A DNA stretch of 64,000 nt from Podarcis bocagei (taxonomy: Eukaryota), in NCBI GenBank assembly GCA_964188305.1, contig OZ076887.1; one strand, written 5' to 3'. The position numbers and the translations under genes are program-made. Shown piece after piece: positions 36,707-49,048 of the stretch (position 1 is its first letter; the number at the start of each line of letters is the position of its first letter). The notes beneath the pieces were generated by a model, which worked only from the letters and a program-made list of their open reading frames with translations, did no database searches and was not told the origin of the DNA.

Positions 36707-36868
36707 GGGATGTTGAGACTGCCGCCAAATTTGCCTCCCAACTTATTGACTTGGGTGCAGATATCAATTTGAGGAGCCGTTGGACAAACATGAATGCTTT
36801 GCACTATGCTGCCTACTTTGATGTTCCAGAACTCATTAGCGTCATTTTGAAAAATGCAATGTCAAAAG
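36707..36868 (+). CDS. CLIP4: CLIP4 coding exon 4, ankyrin repeat (DVETAAKFASQLIDLGADINLRSRWTNMNALHYAAYFDVPEL...)
   Basis: ttgcag| ... AAAG|gtaaat; 162 nt. Confidence 0.96.
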
Positions 36869-38404
36869 GTAAATATTGCCAAATGTAATAGCAATAGATG
36901 CTGTATTTCTTACCTGTGTTGATACCTTCAGTGTCACAAAACAGTTTTTCCCCATGTTATTTTTCTTGACACATGTATGAAACTACTGAAAAATGGGGAG
37001 CGATTTGCATCTTAAGGCATTTGTTGTGAGAACAAGGTCCAACAGTCCAAAATGGCATTGCAGGTCCAGTTTGTCTCTTCCCCATCTGTGCTGTGCAGTG
37101 AATCTTAGCTGTTTCTTGATGCAGCTCTGTCTTTTCCAACTTTGGTTCATCATCATTTGACTGTTACATCATTGGTTGTGGGTAGGGGCATGGAGAACTT
37201 TACATGTCCACAGTTTGTCCTTTACAGTGTCCAGATAGTCAGATGCATATTTACCATCCATGTCCATCTGAATATGCTGATATTGTTAAAAAGCACATTT
37301 CTGCCATTCAAAGCTGCATATTTTGAACCTTACAAAGGTAATGCATCTTATGACAAAGTATGGAAAGCAACGTCAGAAGTGAACATATATGATGTGCAAA
37401 CTTTTCTCTAATCTAAATTTTTGTATCTTTGTTTGGAATTCTTCTTTCACTTCGTCATTTTTTGTAACTCAGTAGTAACATTCCATGTCAATTGCATTCC
37501 ACGTTTTAATATTTTGTTGGAAGCCGGCTTGAGTGGCTGGGGCAACCCAGTCAGATAGTTGGATGCTATTGTTAATCTCTTTTTTTAGCCAAGTAATATT
37601 TAAGAGCAAAGCCTTTATAAATTGCTACTGGGATGGGTGGGAAAATGCACATGTTTTGACTTGGTTCTCTGAGAATGCTGATTAAGTAATGGAAGAGTGA
37701 ACAAACAAAGGCAAACTTGTTTTAGTCACTGTTTCCTGACTTTTTGATCCCTCTTATTGGAGAAGTAGTGTTGGAAAATCTAGCAAATTCATTCTGGAGA
37801 ACGTGGGAAAAGTTGTAGCACTTTTCATCTTGTCCTTTGGAGCAGAATCAGAGAATTTGAGGCTATAACTAAATACTGTCACTAAAAAGGATGTTTCTTA
37901 TAATGGTGTTCCTGTGTTGAGTTGTCTGTCTTTCCCTTATAATGCATCAATTACCCCTTTTGTGACACCCCCCCCCAATTGTGTGCATTTCCTTGTTCAC
38001 ATTCCATATTGTTGCCAGCTGCTGGCTGGAAAATAGAGTGTAATGCAGGCAGGAGAAGGAAACACCTGGCATCTCCCCCCCCCCCAGCATCCTTGTATTG
38101 CATGCAATGTTTAGATCTTGCTTGAATATAAATGAACACATTTCTTCACTGGTACTGTTCCTATGACTTGTTGCTGACAAGCAACTCTATTTGAGTCAGG
38201 AGAGGCTGTGCAGGTTGTGGATCAGAGTCTGGATGCAGTGGAGGGATGAATGAAGGCCAATATGCTGATGCTGAATTGTAACAAGATGGAGGCTTGGTAG
38301 TTCCTTTGACTGGGAAATGGAGAGAGAGCATGTTTTTTATGGTGTTGTATTCCCCCTTAAGCAGTGGCTTTGTAGTCTGCGCGTACTCTTTGAACCATTT
38401 GTAG

Positions 38405-39299
38405 CGATGGAGCAACTCCTCTATGAAAAAAGGCTGCAGCGGTTAGCGCTTTTTAATTTAGAGAAAAGGCGCATAAGAGATGACGTGCTAGAAGTTTATA
38501 AAATGATGTATGGTGGGGAAAGAGCCCCTCCACCCAATAACACGAGAAATCATGGATATCCAATGAAGGTGAGTGTTGGAAGATTCTGAAGAACGTCCTT
38601 CACGCAGCGGATTGTTAAATCATGGAACTCTCTCCCACATGAGGCAGTGATGGCCATCAACCTAATTGGCTTTAAAAGCGGATTAGAGAAATTTGTGGAG
38701 GAGAGGGTTATTGATGGCGGCTAACCATGATGGCAAAGGACGCGATTGGCGCTGTGGGTTAAACCACAGAGCCTAGGACTTGCTGATCAGAAGGTCGGCG
38801 GTTCGAATCCCTGTGACGGGGTGAGCTCCTGTTGCTCGGTCCCTGCTCCTGCCAACCTATCAGTTTGAAAGCACGTCAAAGTGCAAGTAGATAAATAGGT
38901 ACCGCTCCGGCGGGAAGGTAAACGGTGTTTCCGTGCGCTGCTCTGGTTTCGCCAGAAGCGGCTTAGTCATGCTGGCCACATGACCCGGAAGCCGTACGCC
39001 GGCTCCCTCGGCCAATAAAGCGAGATGAGCACCGCATCCCCAAAGTCAGCCACGACTGGACCTAATGATCAGGGGTCCCTTTACCTTTACCTAACCATGA
39101 TGGCTATGCTCTGCCTCCACAGAAGGGGCGATGTATCTGAACGCCAGTGGCTAGAAAGCATAGGACGATATTTAGTGTTCTTGGGCTTGTATCCTGTTGA
39201 CGGGTTTCCCACAGGCATCTGGTTGGCCACTGTGAGAACAGGATGCTGGACTAGACAACCCATTGTGCTGATCCAACTGGCTCTTCTCACATTCTTATG
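38405..39299 (+). mobile_element. CR1 LINE 3' end interrupted by a Sauria SINE
   Basis: Encodes LYEKRLQRLALFNLEKRRIRDDVLEVYKMMYG (CR1 ORF2 C-terminus). It resumes after the SINE at 39091 and ends ...ttcttatg. Confidence 0.85.
38738..39090 (+). mobile_element. Sauria SINE (Squam1), CpG-rich, 14-bp TSD CTAACCATGATGGC
   Basis: B-box GGTTCGAATCC and (ACCTTT)n tail. TSD at 38721-38734 and 39091-39104. Confidence 0.93.
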
Positions 39300-40132
39300 A
39301 CCATTTTGACAGGACAGAATCCTCTTCTTCCCTTACCCTCGTTTTGATTTCAGTGTGACAGGTGAAAGGCGTGTTTCTGTTTCAAAACAAGTTCCCAGAG
39401 AGATTTCTCCACCCACGCTCATCCTGATCCAGGGATGGCAGCTGTTTGCCTGCTTATCTGCAGGGTGCAGGGATTTATGTAGTTAGCTTCTCATAGCGCA
39501 GTTCACCAGTTGGGCGGGCAGGGGTGTGATGAGGACTCGAGAGGCTTTCTGTCCCTCCCTCAATGGGCGATCAGAAATTCTTTCCCCCTCTGGAAACAGA
39601 TGAGCTGGACAGTGAGCGGCTGACAGCATGAGTCAGCCATGAGATGGCACTCACATAATTCAGGAATACTGCACATGAAACTTGACTGCTGGACATTCTA
39701 ACCTTGTTGCTAGGATCTCCCCCCCCCCCCGAAACATCTTTATGCATACAGAGATAATCAGGGTGATTGCCAAAAAGATGGACAAACAGCTTCTGTTCAG
39801 ATTGGCAGTCTAATGTTATATGATACTCCGAGCCATTAGGATCTGCAGCAACATGTTCTCTTCTCTTTGGTGCTAGGTAAACTTGCCTGCAGCTTGTTGG
39901 ATATTACACGCCCGTTGTAATCTACTTCAGGAAAGTGAAGGGTTTACATAACCCTGAAAGGGAACTTTACTTGGTTGACTCCCAGAAGACTGCAACTCTC
40001 AGTTAAGGAAACTGAGATCAGGACAATGTTGCAACAGCTGATTTGATTTGGCTCATGGCATGTATTCCAAAATTTTCAAGGGTTTGATCTACAAATGGAA
40101 TGCAGTTTGTGGAGCAACATCTCTCTCTGCTA

Positions 40133-40718
40133 CCCTATTTTTCGCCCTATAGGACGCACTTTTTCCCCTCCAAAAATGAAAGGGAAATGTTTGTGCGTCC
40201 TATGGGGCAAATGCAGGCTTTCGCTGAAGCCTGGAGAGCGAGAGGCGTCGGTGGGCACCGACCCCTCTCGCTCTCCACGCTTCAGGAAGCTATCCGCAAG
40301 CCTTGCGCGCCCGGCGGGAGGTCCCGCCGGGCGCGCGAGGCTTGGGGCGGCAGCCTGCAGCCAGAAGCATGGGGCGTCCTCTGGAGGCTTGCGGATAGCT
40401 TCCTGAAGCGTGGAGAGCGAGAGGGGTCGGTGCCCACCGACGCCTCTCACTCTCCAGGCTTCAGCGAAAGCCTGCATTTGCCCCATAGGACGCACAAACA
40501 TTTCCCCTTCATTTTTGGAGGGGGAATGCTCCGTGCTTCGGGGAGGTGCGCGCAAGGCTTGGGGCGGCAGCCTGTTCTGGGGGCTGCGGTCTGGGGAAGC
40601 TTGGGCTTCCCCCGCCCCAGCCCCGCGGCTGGGGGGGAATAATTTTTTTTATTCATTTCCCCCCAAAAAACGAGGTGCGTCCTATGGGCCAGTGCGCCTT
40701 ATAGGGCGAAAAATACGG
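40133..40718. mobile_element. Young non-autonomous Tc1/mariner (Tc2-like) element with an internal inverted duplication
   Basis: TA-CCCTATTTTTCGCCCTATA ... TATAGGGCGAAAAATACGG-TA, CpG-rich. Internal arms 40163-40303 and 40385-40526. Confidence 0.85.
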
Positions 40719-42256
40719 TAATTAATCCATTGGAGTGCAGTTGTCAAGTTGTGTTGCTGCTTACAGGCAGGGATTTGCAACTGTCAGCTATATGGAATCA
40801 TCATATTCGATAAATCTTCTTGGGGGACTCTGGATGCCTTATTTTGTTTATTAATTTACATGTGTGTCAAGGTGACTTGCAAACATAACAAAAACTGTCG
40901 AAAAACAGTTTTTAAAAATGTAACAGAAAGTAACTGGTAATAAATAGGTGTTTATTTTCTATTGTTTTTAAATCCTAAGACAGAAACCTTCTCATCCAGC
41001 TGGAAAAGCTTGTTAAAATGAAATGTCTTCAATTGTTCCAGGAAAGTACAAATAGTGGTCGCTTGTCATATCTCAACAGGCACCTTGATTATTATTTTTT
41101 TAATTTGCTTTCATAATTGCATCCAATTTGGAATGCAAGTTGTAGATGTGGGAATTGACATTTGGATATGTAAATCCTTGGGTTGTTTCACCAGATGTCC
41201 AAGGGCTCTGTTCTTTCAATGTAGGCTAACATTTCCCTATATAGAAGCATCTGGAAGCTGGCCAGTACTGGAAGCAAAACAAACCGCTCGTCCTCACTGC
41301 AAAATTGGTACCTCAGTATGTGGTAAAACAATTCATCAGTTTCTGCCCAGACGTCTGCACACTCTTATCCTGTTTTGTAGCACATTTTCAAGTCCAGCTG
41401 AACTGTCCTTAAGAAAGAAAGGGTCTGGGTTGGTTTATACTTTTCTCTAATCAAAAAATGCTGTTTTGATTTTCAAAGCACTTAATTTAAATATTGTCAA
41501 GTGTGTCTTTTTATAAAATCTGGTTATTTGTGTTGGTACAGGTATGCATTCACTTGTGCATTAAACCATTGAGATAGTTGAAGCACATGATATAGCTGAG
41601 AAGGGCCAAACTAGATGTAACTCTAATTGCGTACAGGCATACATATGTGTAAATAGCAGCTATAGCAGAGCCTGAATAGCATTGAGGTAACAAGGGTGGG
41701 GAGGGAAAGTTTAACCCTTTGCCCTGCCATAGTCCCAGTGAAAGTCCCTTTCATCAAAGCTGCTTCTGCACTTTCCTCCTAACGCAAATAGCCACTTGGG
41801 GTTTTTACCCTGCTTGGAACCAAGGTAGGGGAGAAAGGGTTAAATTCTCTCCACCCCCCCCCCAAGCACCATGCAGTCCTGATGCTGCTTTAAGTCCCTG
41901 TGGCTGCTATTTTGTATTTTAAAGCACATGTTAATTGCCTTCATGCATCAAATTGTTGCATCAAATTTGGCTATAAGCATTGCTACTCTGGGACTGGTCA
42001 GTGCCTGCATGGGAGAATGAATCCTATGTGTACTCCTTGACTTCTAACACAGAAGAAACATGGGATATAAATTATGCAGTTACTACTACTATAGCATTGA
42101 CTGTATCTTAAATTTAAAATCTGACATTAAGACTAATTATTGTATTTATCATTGGAATTCAGATTCTGAATGAAAACGAAACATGGTACCAGTCTAGAAT
42201 GTTCAAAATGGACAAATGTTTCTCGATCCTCATATCTATCTGGTGCTTTATTATAG

Positions 42257-42375
42257 ATGTGGATGCCACCTGCAGTGACTTTGATTTTGGAACAGCCTTG
42301 CATATTGCTGCCTTCAACTTGTGTACAGGAGCTGTAAAGCGTTTATTGGAACACGGAGCCAACCCGGCCTTTAGG
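42257..42375 (+). CDS. CLIP4: CLIP4 coding exon 5, ankyrin repeat (VDATCSDFDFGTALHIAAFNLC...GANPAFR)
   Basis: ttatag| ... AGG|gtgagg; 119 nt. Confidence 0.96.
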
Positions 42376-43110
42376 GTGAGGTTTTGATTTGCAACCAGTT
42401 TTGGTTCATCTGACTATATTTAACTCTCTTGTTCTATAGTTAGATACCGACAAGTGAAAACTGCTTTTTTTGCATAGGGGTTGGGTGGGGGGACAAATAC
42501 TCTTATCTCTCACTCCATTTTAGGCTTGAACATATATTAGTTAGTCTTCAGGAACAATTCAGATTCCTAGATGCCAGCATTGACTTTTTCTGAGCTGCAT
42601 GACCAATTGCCTTGTATTTTTAAGTTTCCTGTGCTTTAGATATTTAGCTAGAAAACTATTTAACTCTTGACCTTGGGTTATTTAATACCCAATTATCAAT
42701 GTCACAGCTCTGTTTTTGAATCCTGTTCATCCTGTATCTCATTATCATAATCAAACTTGTTCATATCCTGCTTTTCCAGTTAATGCTCCAAGAAGCTTAT
42801 ATTGTAAGCTGCCCCTGTAATTCCCAGATAAAGGGTGGTATAGAAATTTAATAAATAATAATTATTATATGTCCGAAAAACAGTTAATCAATATATAGAC
42901 ACAACAAAGCCAGTAATAAATATATCAAACACATTACATAAATGTTGGTTGATATCCGGCATTGAATTATGCAAGTGGAAGAAATGGGAATTCCTCTCCC
43001 CGCACCTGGGCACTCCTCCATGTGCTCTGCAAATCTCTTCTGGAGGGTTGCCCAAACATCTGCAGCGGATTTGGAAGCAGCAGAGGAGAAAGGAAGGAGA
43101 AATCCTTTGC

Positions 43111-43215
43111 AAGTATACCTATATTAGGTATACCTATATTAGGTATAAAATAATAATAGGTATATTAGGTATACCTATATTAAGTATACCTATATTAGGT
43201 ATGAAATACCTAATA
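43111..43215. repeat. Irregular tandem array of the 15-mer AGGTATACCTATATT
   Basis: About 4 full units plus partial units, each with the palindrome AGGTATACCT or a single-base variant. Confidence 0.85.
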
Positions 43216-43293
43216 AAATAAGAAAATGTTCACATTAACATTCCCTTAAGCACCTAAATACACTCTCTTCCTGGCATGTGTTTTGTTCTACAG

Positions 43294-43530
43294 AATGACA
43301 AGGGACAGACTCCAGCAGATGTGGTTCCTGACCCGGTGGACATGCCACTAGAGATGGCAGATGCAGCAGCCAGTGCTAAAGAAATTAAGCAGATGCTCTT
43401 AGATGCAGTGCCTCTGTCTTGTGACATTTCCAAGGCCCTGCTTCCAAACTATGATAATGTCACTGGCAAAGATATGCTTGGATCCCTTGGCCTGAAGCTT
43501 GGAGATCGGGTTGTCATTGCAGGACAGAAG
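43294..43530 (+). CDS. CLIP4: CLIP4 coding exon 6 (NDKGQTPADVVPDP...LKLGDRVVIAGQK)
   Basis: ctacag| ... AAG|gtatgt; 237 nt. Confidence 0.96.
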
Positions 43531-43761
43531 GTATGTCGAAAAACAAGCTGCAGAAGGGAAGCAGTACGATGGGTATGAGGAAGGGCCTATTGTAGATAGC
43601 AGTACTGGCATGGTATGTATCTATAGTGGGAAGCTTGCAGAAATGTTCAGTAGCAAAGGGTTCTGCAGGTTGTAACTCAGGGGCCTTATTCAGCTTGTTG
43701 GGTATATTGTCCTTATTATATCTTGGCCCACAGTTATTGCTCTTCACAGTTGTTGTAACTC

Positions 43762-43763
<2 letters not shown>

Positions 43764-43809
<46 letters not shown>
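43764..43809. repeat. (AT)n microsatellite, about 23 units
   Basis: Read directly from the sequence. Confidence 0.97.
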
Positions 43810-43811
<2 letters not shown>

Positions 43812-44891
43812 GTTATACATATATATAACACACTTGTTTTAGTGCCAGTAAGATTCACAGTAATTCTATGCAAGTGGGATTTTTAGATGATGACAAACTC
43901 TGCTTCTGCTCTGAAATGTAATAACGTATAAAGTCATTTCCACAGCTGTCTAAGCAAACAGGAAATGAAAGCTGTACATAAAGCTTTGTTTCCACTGTGA
44001 ATCTTCTCCACACATGATGCAGGAGGAAAAATCAACACTGGTTAGTGAAGTCTACATTTGATTCTGGAAAAGTTTCTCAGCCATTTGCTGTAATGAGCCA
44101 GTGGAGATTAGTTTTTAAAGGGCATTCATAACTCTGCATCCCGTGGATAGGTCAGCGGATCACACCCACATATAAAAGTCATAAGCCTTGCCTACACAAG
44201 GGAGATGCAGCTGTTCTGTGTCCTAAAACCAATCAACAGTACACCGTCGGAGTGACTTACTGGGGCTTTCAAAAAGTTGTTTTCCCACATTGTTGCTCAT
44301 GTAAAACTGAAGAACTCTTTGCATTTCGAGAATTTTACAGACTATATGGATCTACCCTTGCTAGCAGAAACTTCCTGAAATTCAGTTAAATGACTAATAC
44401 TGGAATATGGGAATCTGCAAGTTACAAGTGCAATTGGTTTATTACCTTTTAATATAAAAAATGGAGTGGAATGTCCTGTGTGATTTTGCTCTTGAGGCAC
44501 TTGTGATTTGTTGGAAAATACCTGTGTCGCATAACTGCTCCGGTTCATATTTTCACAAATGAGTAAAAGACAGATTAATTCTTAGCCTCTCAATATGTTA
44601 ACTACTTTCAAAGTAGCACAGTTAGTTTTTCTTGGAGGAAAATAAATCTTTAGCTTTTTACTAATTAAGAGTGTTACATTTCCGATCATTTGTAAGTGGG
44701 TTTTTTATAGTTGATGCAATTTTTGTAAAATAACTAATAAATGTTCAGAAATCTCTGGTTTGTGTATTACATTCTTTACAAGTATGCTTACTTTAGCAGG
44801 AAGTTTGAATGAGTAAGGATTGCATTTGGGAAGCTGGGTATCTCTACATCTTAGACTCTGGATGTTAAAACATTGTAAGCATCCATCTCTA

Positions 44892-45155
44892 CATAGAATC
44901 AGAGTTCAAGGGGTCTTAAAAGCCATTTGGTCTGTGACCTGCTCAGTATAGGTGTATCCCCAACAAATTGCTGCCTAGCCTGTGCTTGAAGTCCTTCTGT
45001 GACAGAGAATCCACCATCCTCTTGATATCTGGTTCCACTGTTGAGCTGTTCTTACGAATGTTCAACCAAAAACCTACCCTCCTGTGATGCAAGCCCATTG
45101 GAGTAGCAGCAGACAAGTCTTTGCCGTGTTCAAATATCTGAAGGGTTGTCACTTA
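44892..45155 (-). mobile_element. Old CR1 3' fragment
   Basis: Starts catagaatc-agagtt. The minus translation FWLNIRKNSSTV...VDSLSQKDFKHRL resembles the CR1 ORF2 end. Confidence 0.7.
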
Positions 45156-45328
45156 GAAGAGTGCTTGTGTTAGGGTGGGACAGATCTATGAGATAAAAAA
45201 TACTGCACTTGAACTCTTCCCCTCCCCCAGATACCTGTATTCAGTCTTCACACTGCTGCTCCTTTTTTCTTTTGAAAATAACCCGTTACAAAGGTTGATG
45301 CATACTTTTTTACTCCCTCCCCTCTTAG

Positions 45329-45464
45329 GTTGGCACATTAAGATTTTGTGGCACAACAGAGTTTGCCAGTGGACAGTGGGCTGGCATAGAATTGGATGAA
45401 CCTGAAGGAAAAAACAATGGAAGTGTTGGCAAAGTACAGTACTTCAAGTGTGCACCAAAACATG
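45329..45464 (+). CDS. CLIP4: CLIP4 coding exon 7, CAP-Gly 1 (VGTLRFCGTTEFASGQWAGIELDEPEGKNNGSVGKVQYFKC)
   Basis: cttag| ... G|gtataa; 136 nt; GKNNG variant of the CAP-Gly GKNDG motif. Confidence 0.96.
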
Positions 45465-46118
45465 GTATAACTTTTTTTTTTATTTGAGATGCATTGCCTT
45501 GCAGATGCTTTAATGGAATGCCTTTTTATTTGGCCACATATATATCATGTTAAGCAATTTTCCCCACTTGCTGGATGTTTCTCTGATTGGAAGTTGGACT
45601 TTGGGGCTTAAAATAAAATGCATGGTTCTTGTCAACAATTTTCAACAACTATAGTTTTGCTAAGTTCTTAGTTATCAGTAGCGTCCCCTTCTTTGCTTGC
45701 CATAGAGATAGTAATTTAGATGGATGTTTGCTGTGGATGTTACTAGTGATAATGTAAGCAGTATGCTCTATCCCTCTCTTAGCTGTGATAGCCCTATTTC
45801 TTAAGAAAGATAATTGAAGGCTATAGTTAGGAAAGATGGCAGTGATGGCTAGGACACAAGTCGTGAGGCCAGTACTCATCTCAGTCGCAAGCTTGTTTGT
45901 GCAAAAGCTTAAGTATTCGTTTTAGTGTGCTTCAACTTGTATCCATAAGAGGAAAGTAGAATACTTGAAGCATCATTTAAGACTGCCTACAAAAGTGTCA
46001 GGTACTTGGCCGTTATTTAAATACTTGAACAGTCATAAATACTTGAATAAGGTTATCAAGGAGTAGCTGAGCAGTGCAATTAATAGCTTTTATTTCTCTT
46101 GTGTGTCTTCTCTGCCAG

Positions 46119-46256
46119 GTATCTTTGCACCTCTCTCTAAAATAAGTAAAGCTTCAGAACACAAAAAGAATGCAAAGGTTTCTTCCTTGCGACCTTCTCC
46201 CGCTGTCAAGTCCAAGAAAATTGATGTAACGCACATAACGTCCAAAGTGAATTCAG
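46119..46256 (+). CDS. CLIP4: CLIP4 coding exon 8 (GIFAPLSKISK...KIDVTHITSKVNS)
   Basis: gccag| ... CAG|gtaagc; 138 nt. Confidence 0.95.
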
Positions 46257-47879
46257 GTAAGCATGATAGCATTAAAGCCAAAGAACATGTTAGGAAGATG
46301 ACCTATTTTTCGGTCCAAAATCACAACCCATTGTAGGCAAGTGCTGTCTTGTGTCAGAGGCTAAATAATTAAAAAATGTATAATATTTGGTTTAGGTCAG
46401 ATCAGGGATAAACTTGCTTTCCCAAGATGGTTTTTAACCTCTTTTCCACATGTTGTTGTTTTGAGTGTGTGTATTGTGGCACTTGTTTTACTTTGGGAAA
46501 CCGCCTTGAAATCTAGTTATACTTACCTTTGTTAAACCTGTGAGCCCGTTGATGTACCTGGGCTCCTGGGCTGAGGGAAGAGTCAGCCCTAGCCCCCCAC
46601 CTACTGGAGCAAACAGGCCTTGCAGATGAGGAGGAGATGCAGCTGCACTGGCCTCTGTGGATTTGAGAAGGCAGGAATTGTGACTCCTTCCCTGAAGTGC
46701 CAGCAGCATCTTTTGTTGTGGTTGGCTCTTGGTTGTGAGCTGTGAAATCCTTTATAGATCATGTCCTCATAGAACGTAGACAGCTGCCTTATACCAAGTC
46801 AAAGGTTTGGACATGTGGCTTAGTGCTGTCTGCACTATCAGTGGCTCTCCATTATTCCAGGTAGGAGTCTTGGAGTTACCATAGACTCAGTTGATGTGCA
46901 TTGCATGTGCTTCACTCACTGAGCTAGGATCCCATCCTTCTCATACGGTTCTGTACACCCTCTTCTGTTTTGTTATTCTGTTAGTAGTGCAGATTTTAAA
47001 AGATTTTTTTTTTTACATTTAAATTGTGGATTCCTCACCTCAACCTCTCACCACCTGTTCAACACTGTCCTTTAAAATTTCCATAAAACCTGTCCCCTCT
47101 TACAAAGACTTTGGCTCTAGGACTCTAATAGTTAAGCCTGTCCAGCTCTCAGGAGGTGGGGTTTTTGTTGTTTTGTTTAATGGGGAAACTGTTCCCCACC
47201 TTCCCTTGACTCAGTGGAGCCACTGGTGAGAGAGACTGTTCTAATAGATGTGGCAACTAAGTGTAGCTTTTAAAAATACTGTTTTTTCCTGTTGATACTC
47301 TTTTTAAAAGGAATGACATGGTTTGGGGCATTGGGTTAAATTTTAAAATTCAAATTCTCTGAGTAATGGCTGTTTTGTCAGATTTTCTTCCGGAAAAGTA
47401 TTCATAAATTGATATGTAAACATGTTTGTTCTTGCTTGTCATGCTGGTCTTATTGAGGCTGGCCTGATAAACATCTAATAATAGAGTACATTCATGAATT
47501 AGTACAAAAAGCAGCTCAGCAGCCAGATGAAGCCAATAGATATGCATTTAGTTGATAAATAATAAAGTTCTGCCCTTTATGTTTTCTGCCAAAAAAATCA
47601 GCTGCAGACTTGTTCTCTGATATTAGTGGCATGTCTATCAATGTGGAATAGAAGACCCATGGAACATTACTAAGGCTGATTATTATTTTCCATGCATAGA
47701 TTATGAGGGATGCTACTGTTCTGACATAGGCTATTCTCTTAGGAAAACAACTGATTCTATTGTAAAATACTTCTATAGGCAAATGTATTTTAAGCTCTAG
47801 TTTTGAGTGCTTCAAAAGTTGATGGTGCTAGTACAAATAAATTTGGGGGCATAGCTTTATGCGATATGGGAAATCTGTG

Positions 47880-48360
47880 ATTAGAATACCTTTGTGATTG
47901 AATAAATAGTAGTCATTCTGTTTGGGGGTATTTTCACATCCTTTGGTCTCACGAGTCTGGCATGTCAGCTTTTCCGCCAGCACTGTTGTCCATGCTCTGG
48001 AGGTACCCTGCTTCCATGTTCAAGCCCAAGGCAGTGTGCCCTTGCGTGGCTATTTCTGTACATGCTGATGGGAGGAGGAATGTTAAAAGTTCTTTAGGAG
48101 CAATTGGTGGAGTAGACAGGTGCTTTGTTCCAAGTAATGCAAGTTGAGGACCGGGTTGTAGGTCTGCTTTGTATATTAAACTGAATTCTTTAAATGCCAA
48201 AACCCAAAATGGGTAAAGAGATTCGCAAAACCACCACATATGTATGTAATATCCAGTCTCCCCACATCCGTTCCAGCAGGTTGACGTTGCTCCTGGTATC
48301 ATGTGGGATATTTGCACATGCATAGCATTTTAAAGAAGTTCTGTAACCCTATTGATGGGT
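47880..48360 (-). mobile_element. L1/Tx1-clade LINE ORF2 C-terminal fragment
   Basis: CWNGCGETGYYIHMWWFC...FW matches the Cys/His zinc-finger-like motif at the end of non-mammalian L1 ORF2. Frameshifted downstream. Confidence 0.75.
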
Positions 48361-48961
48361 GATAAAGAAACTAAATAAATAACATAGCAATTAAGTACTT
48401 TTTTTCAATCCTGTGCTGAAAGGGGGCAAGAAATAAGAAAGACACCTTAGTTCTGAATATTCATGTTTGTTCAGATTGTGATTGTTTAAATCAGGGCTGC
48501 TGAGCCCACAGTCCACATCGGGCCCACAAAACAGTTTCTAGTAGCCTAATAGCCCACTGCCCAAAATAGGCACTACTTCTTCCCATAGAAAAGTGCCTCT
48601 TCTCCCTCTGGTGCAGTGCCATTTGAATCAATGTCTTCTGAGTTTCCGTCAGAGGTTTTCTCAAAGTCTGATGCCTGAGATCGCTTAACTGGGAATGAAC
48701 TTGGGAATCCTCTCATCCATTCAAGGCATAAGTTGTACTACTGAGCTTTTCAGTATTTTGTCTTCTTGTGGGGGAAATAAGGCTTGGTATTCTTGTTTAC
48801 TCATAGGTGTAAAAGGATGAGGGAAATCTCTTGATAAGACTCACACATTTTGTAGTAGTAGTTAGATTTTTAGGTGATCTTGTCCTGCTGCATGTTTGCT
48901 CTTTGGAAGGTAGAATTATTACTAGACTACGATGGTTTTATTGATTTGGTTTGGCTCACAG

Positions 48962-49048
48962 GCTTATCTGCATTGAAAAAAGACAGCACCCCAGATTCCA
49001 CATTTTTGGGCAGCAAAGAAGGAATGAAAACTCCACCTGGTAAAGAAG
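48962..49048 (+). CDS. CLIP4: CLIP4 coding exon 9 (GLSALKKDSTPDSTF...GKE)
   Basis: cacag| ... AAG|gtatgt; 87 nt; resembles recalled human GLMTSKKDSASEST. An alternative donor 9 nt upstream is possible. Confidence 0.85.

Noticed and set aside
40095-40721. Mirror-image ORFs of 103-180 aa on both strands
   Set aside because: They are produced by the GC-rich inverted repeat, and there is no transposase motif.
43111-43215. CRISPR-like repeat array
   Set aside because: There are no unique spacers and the context is a eukaryotic intron.
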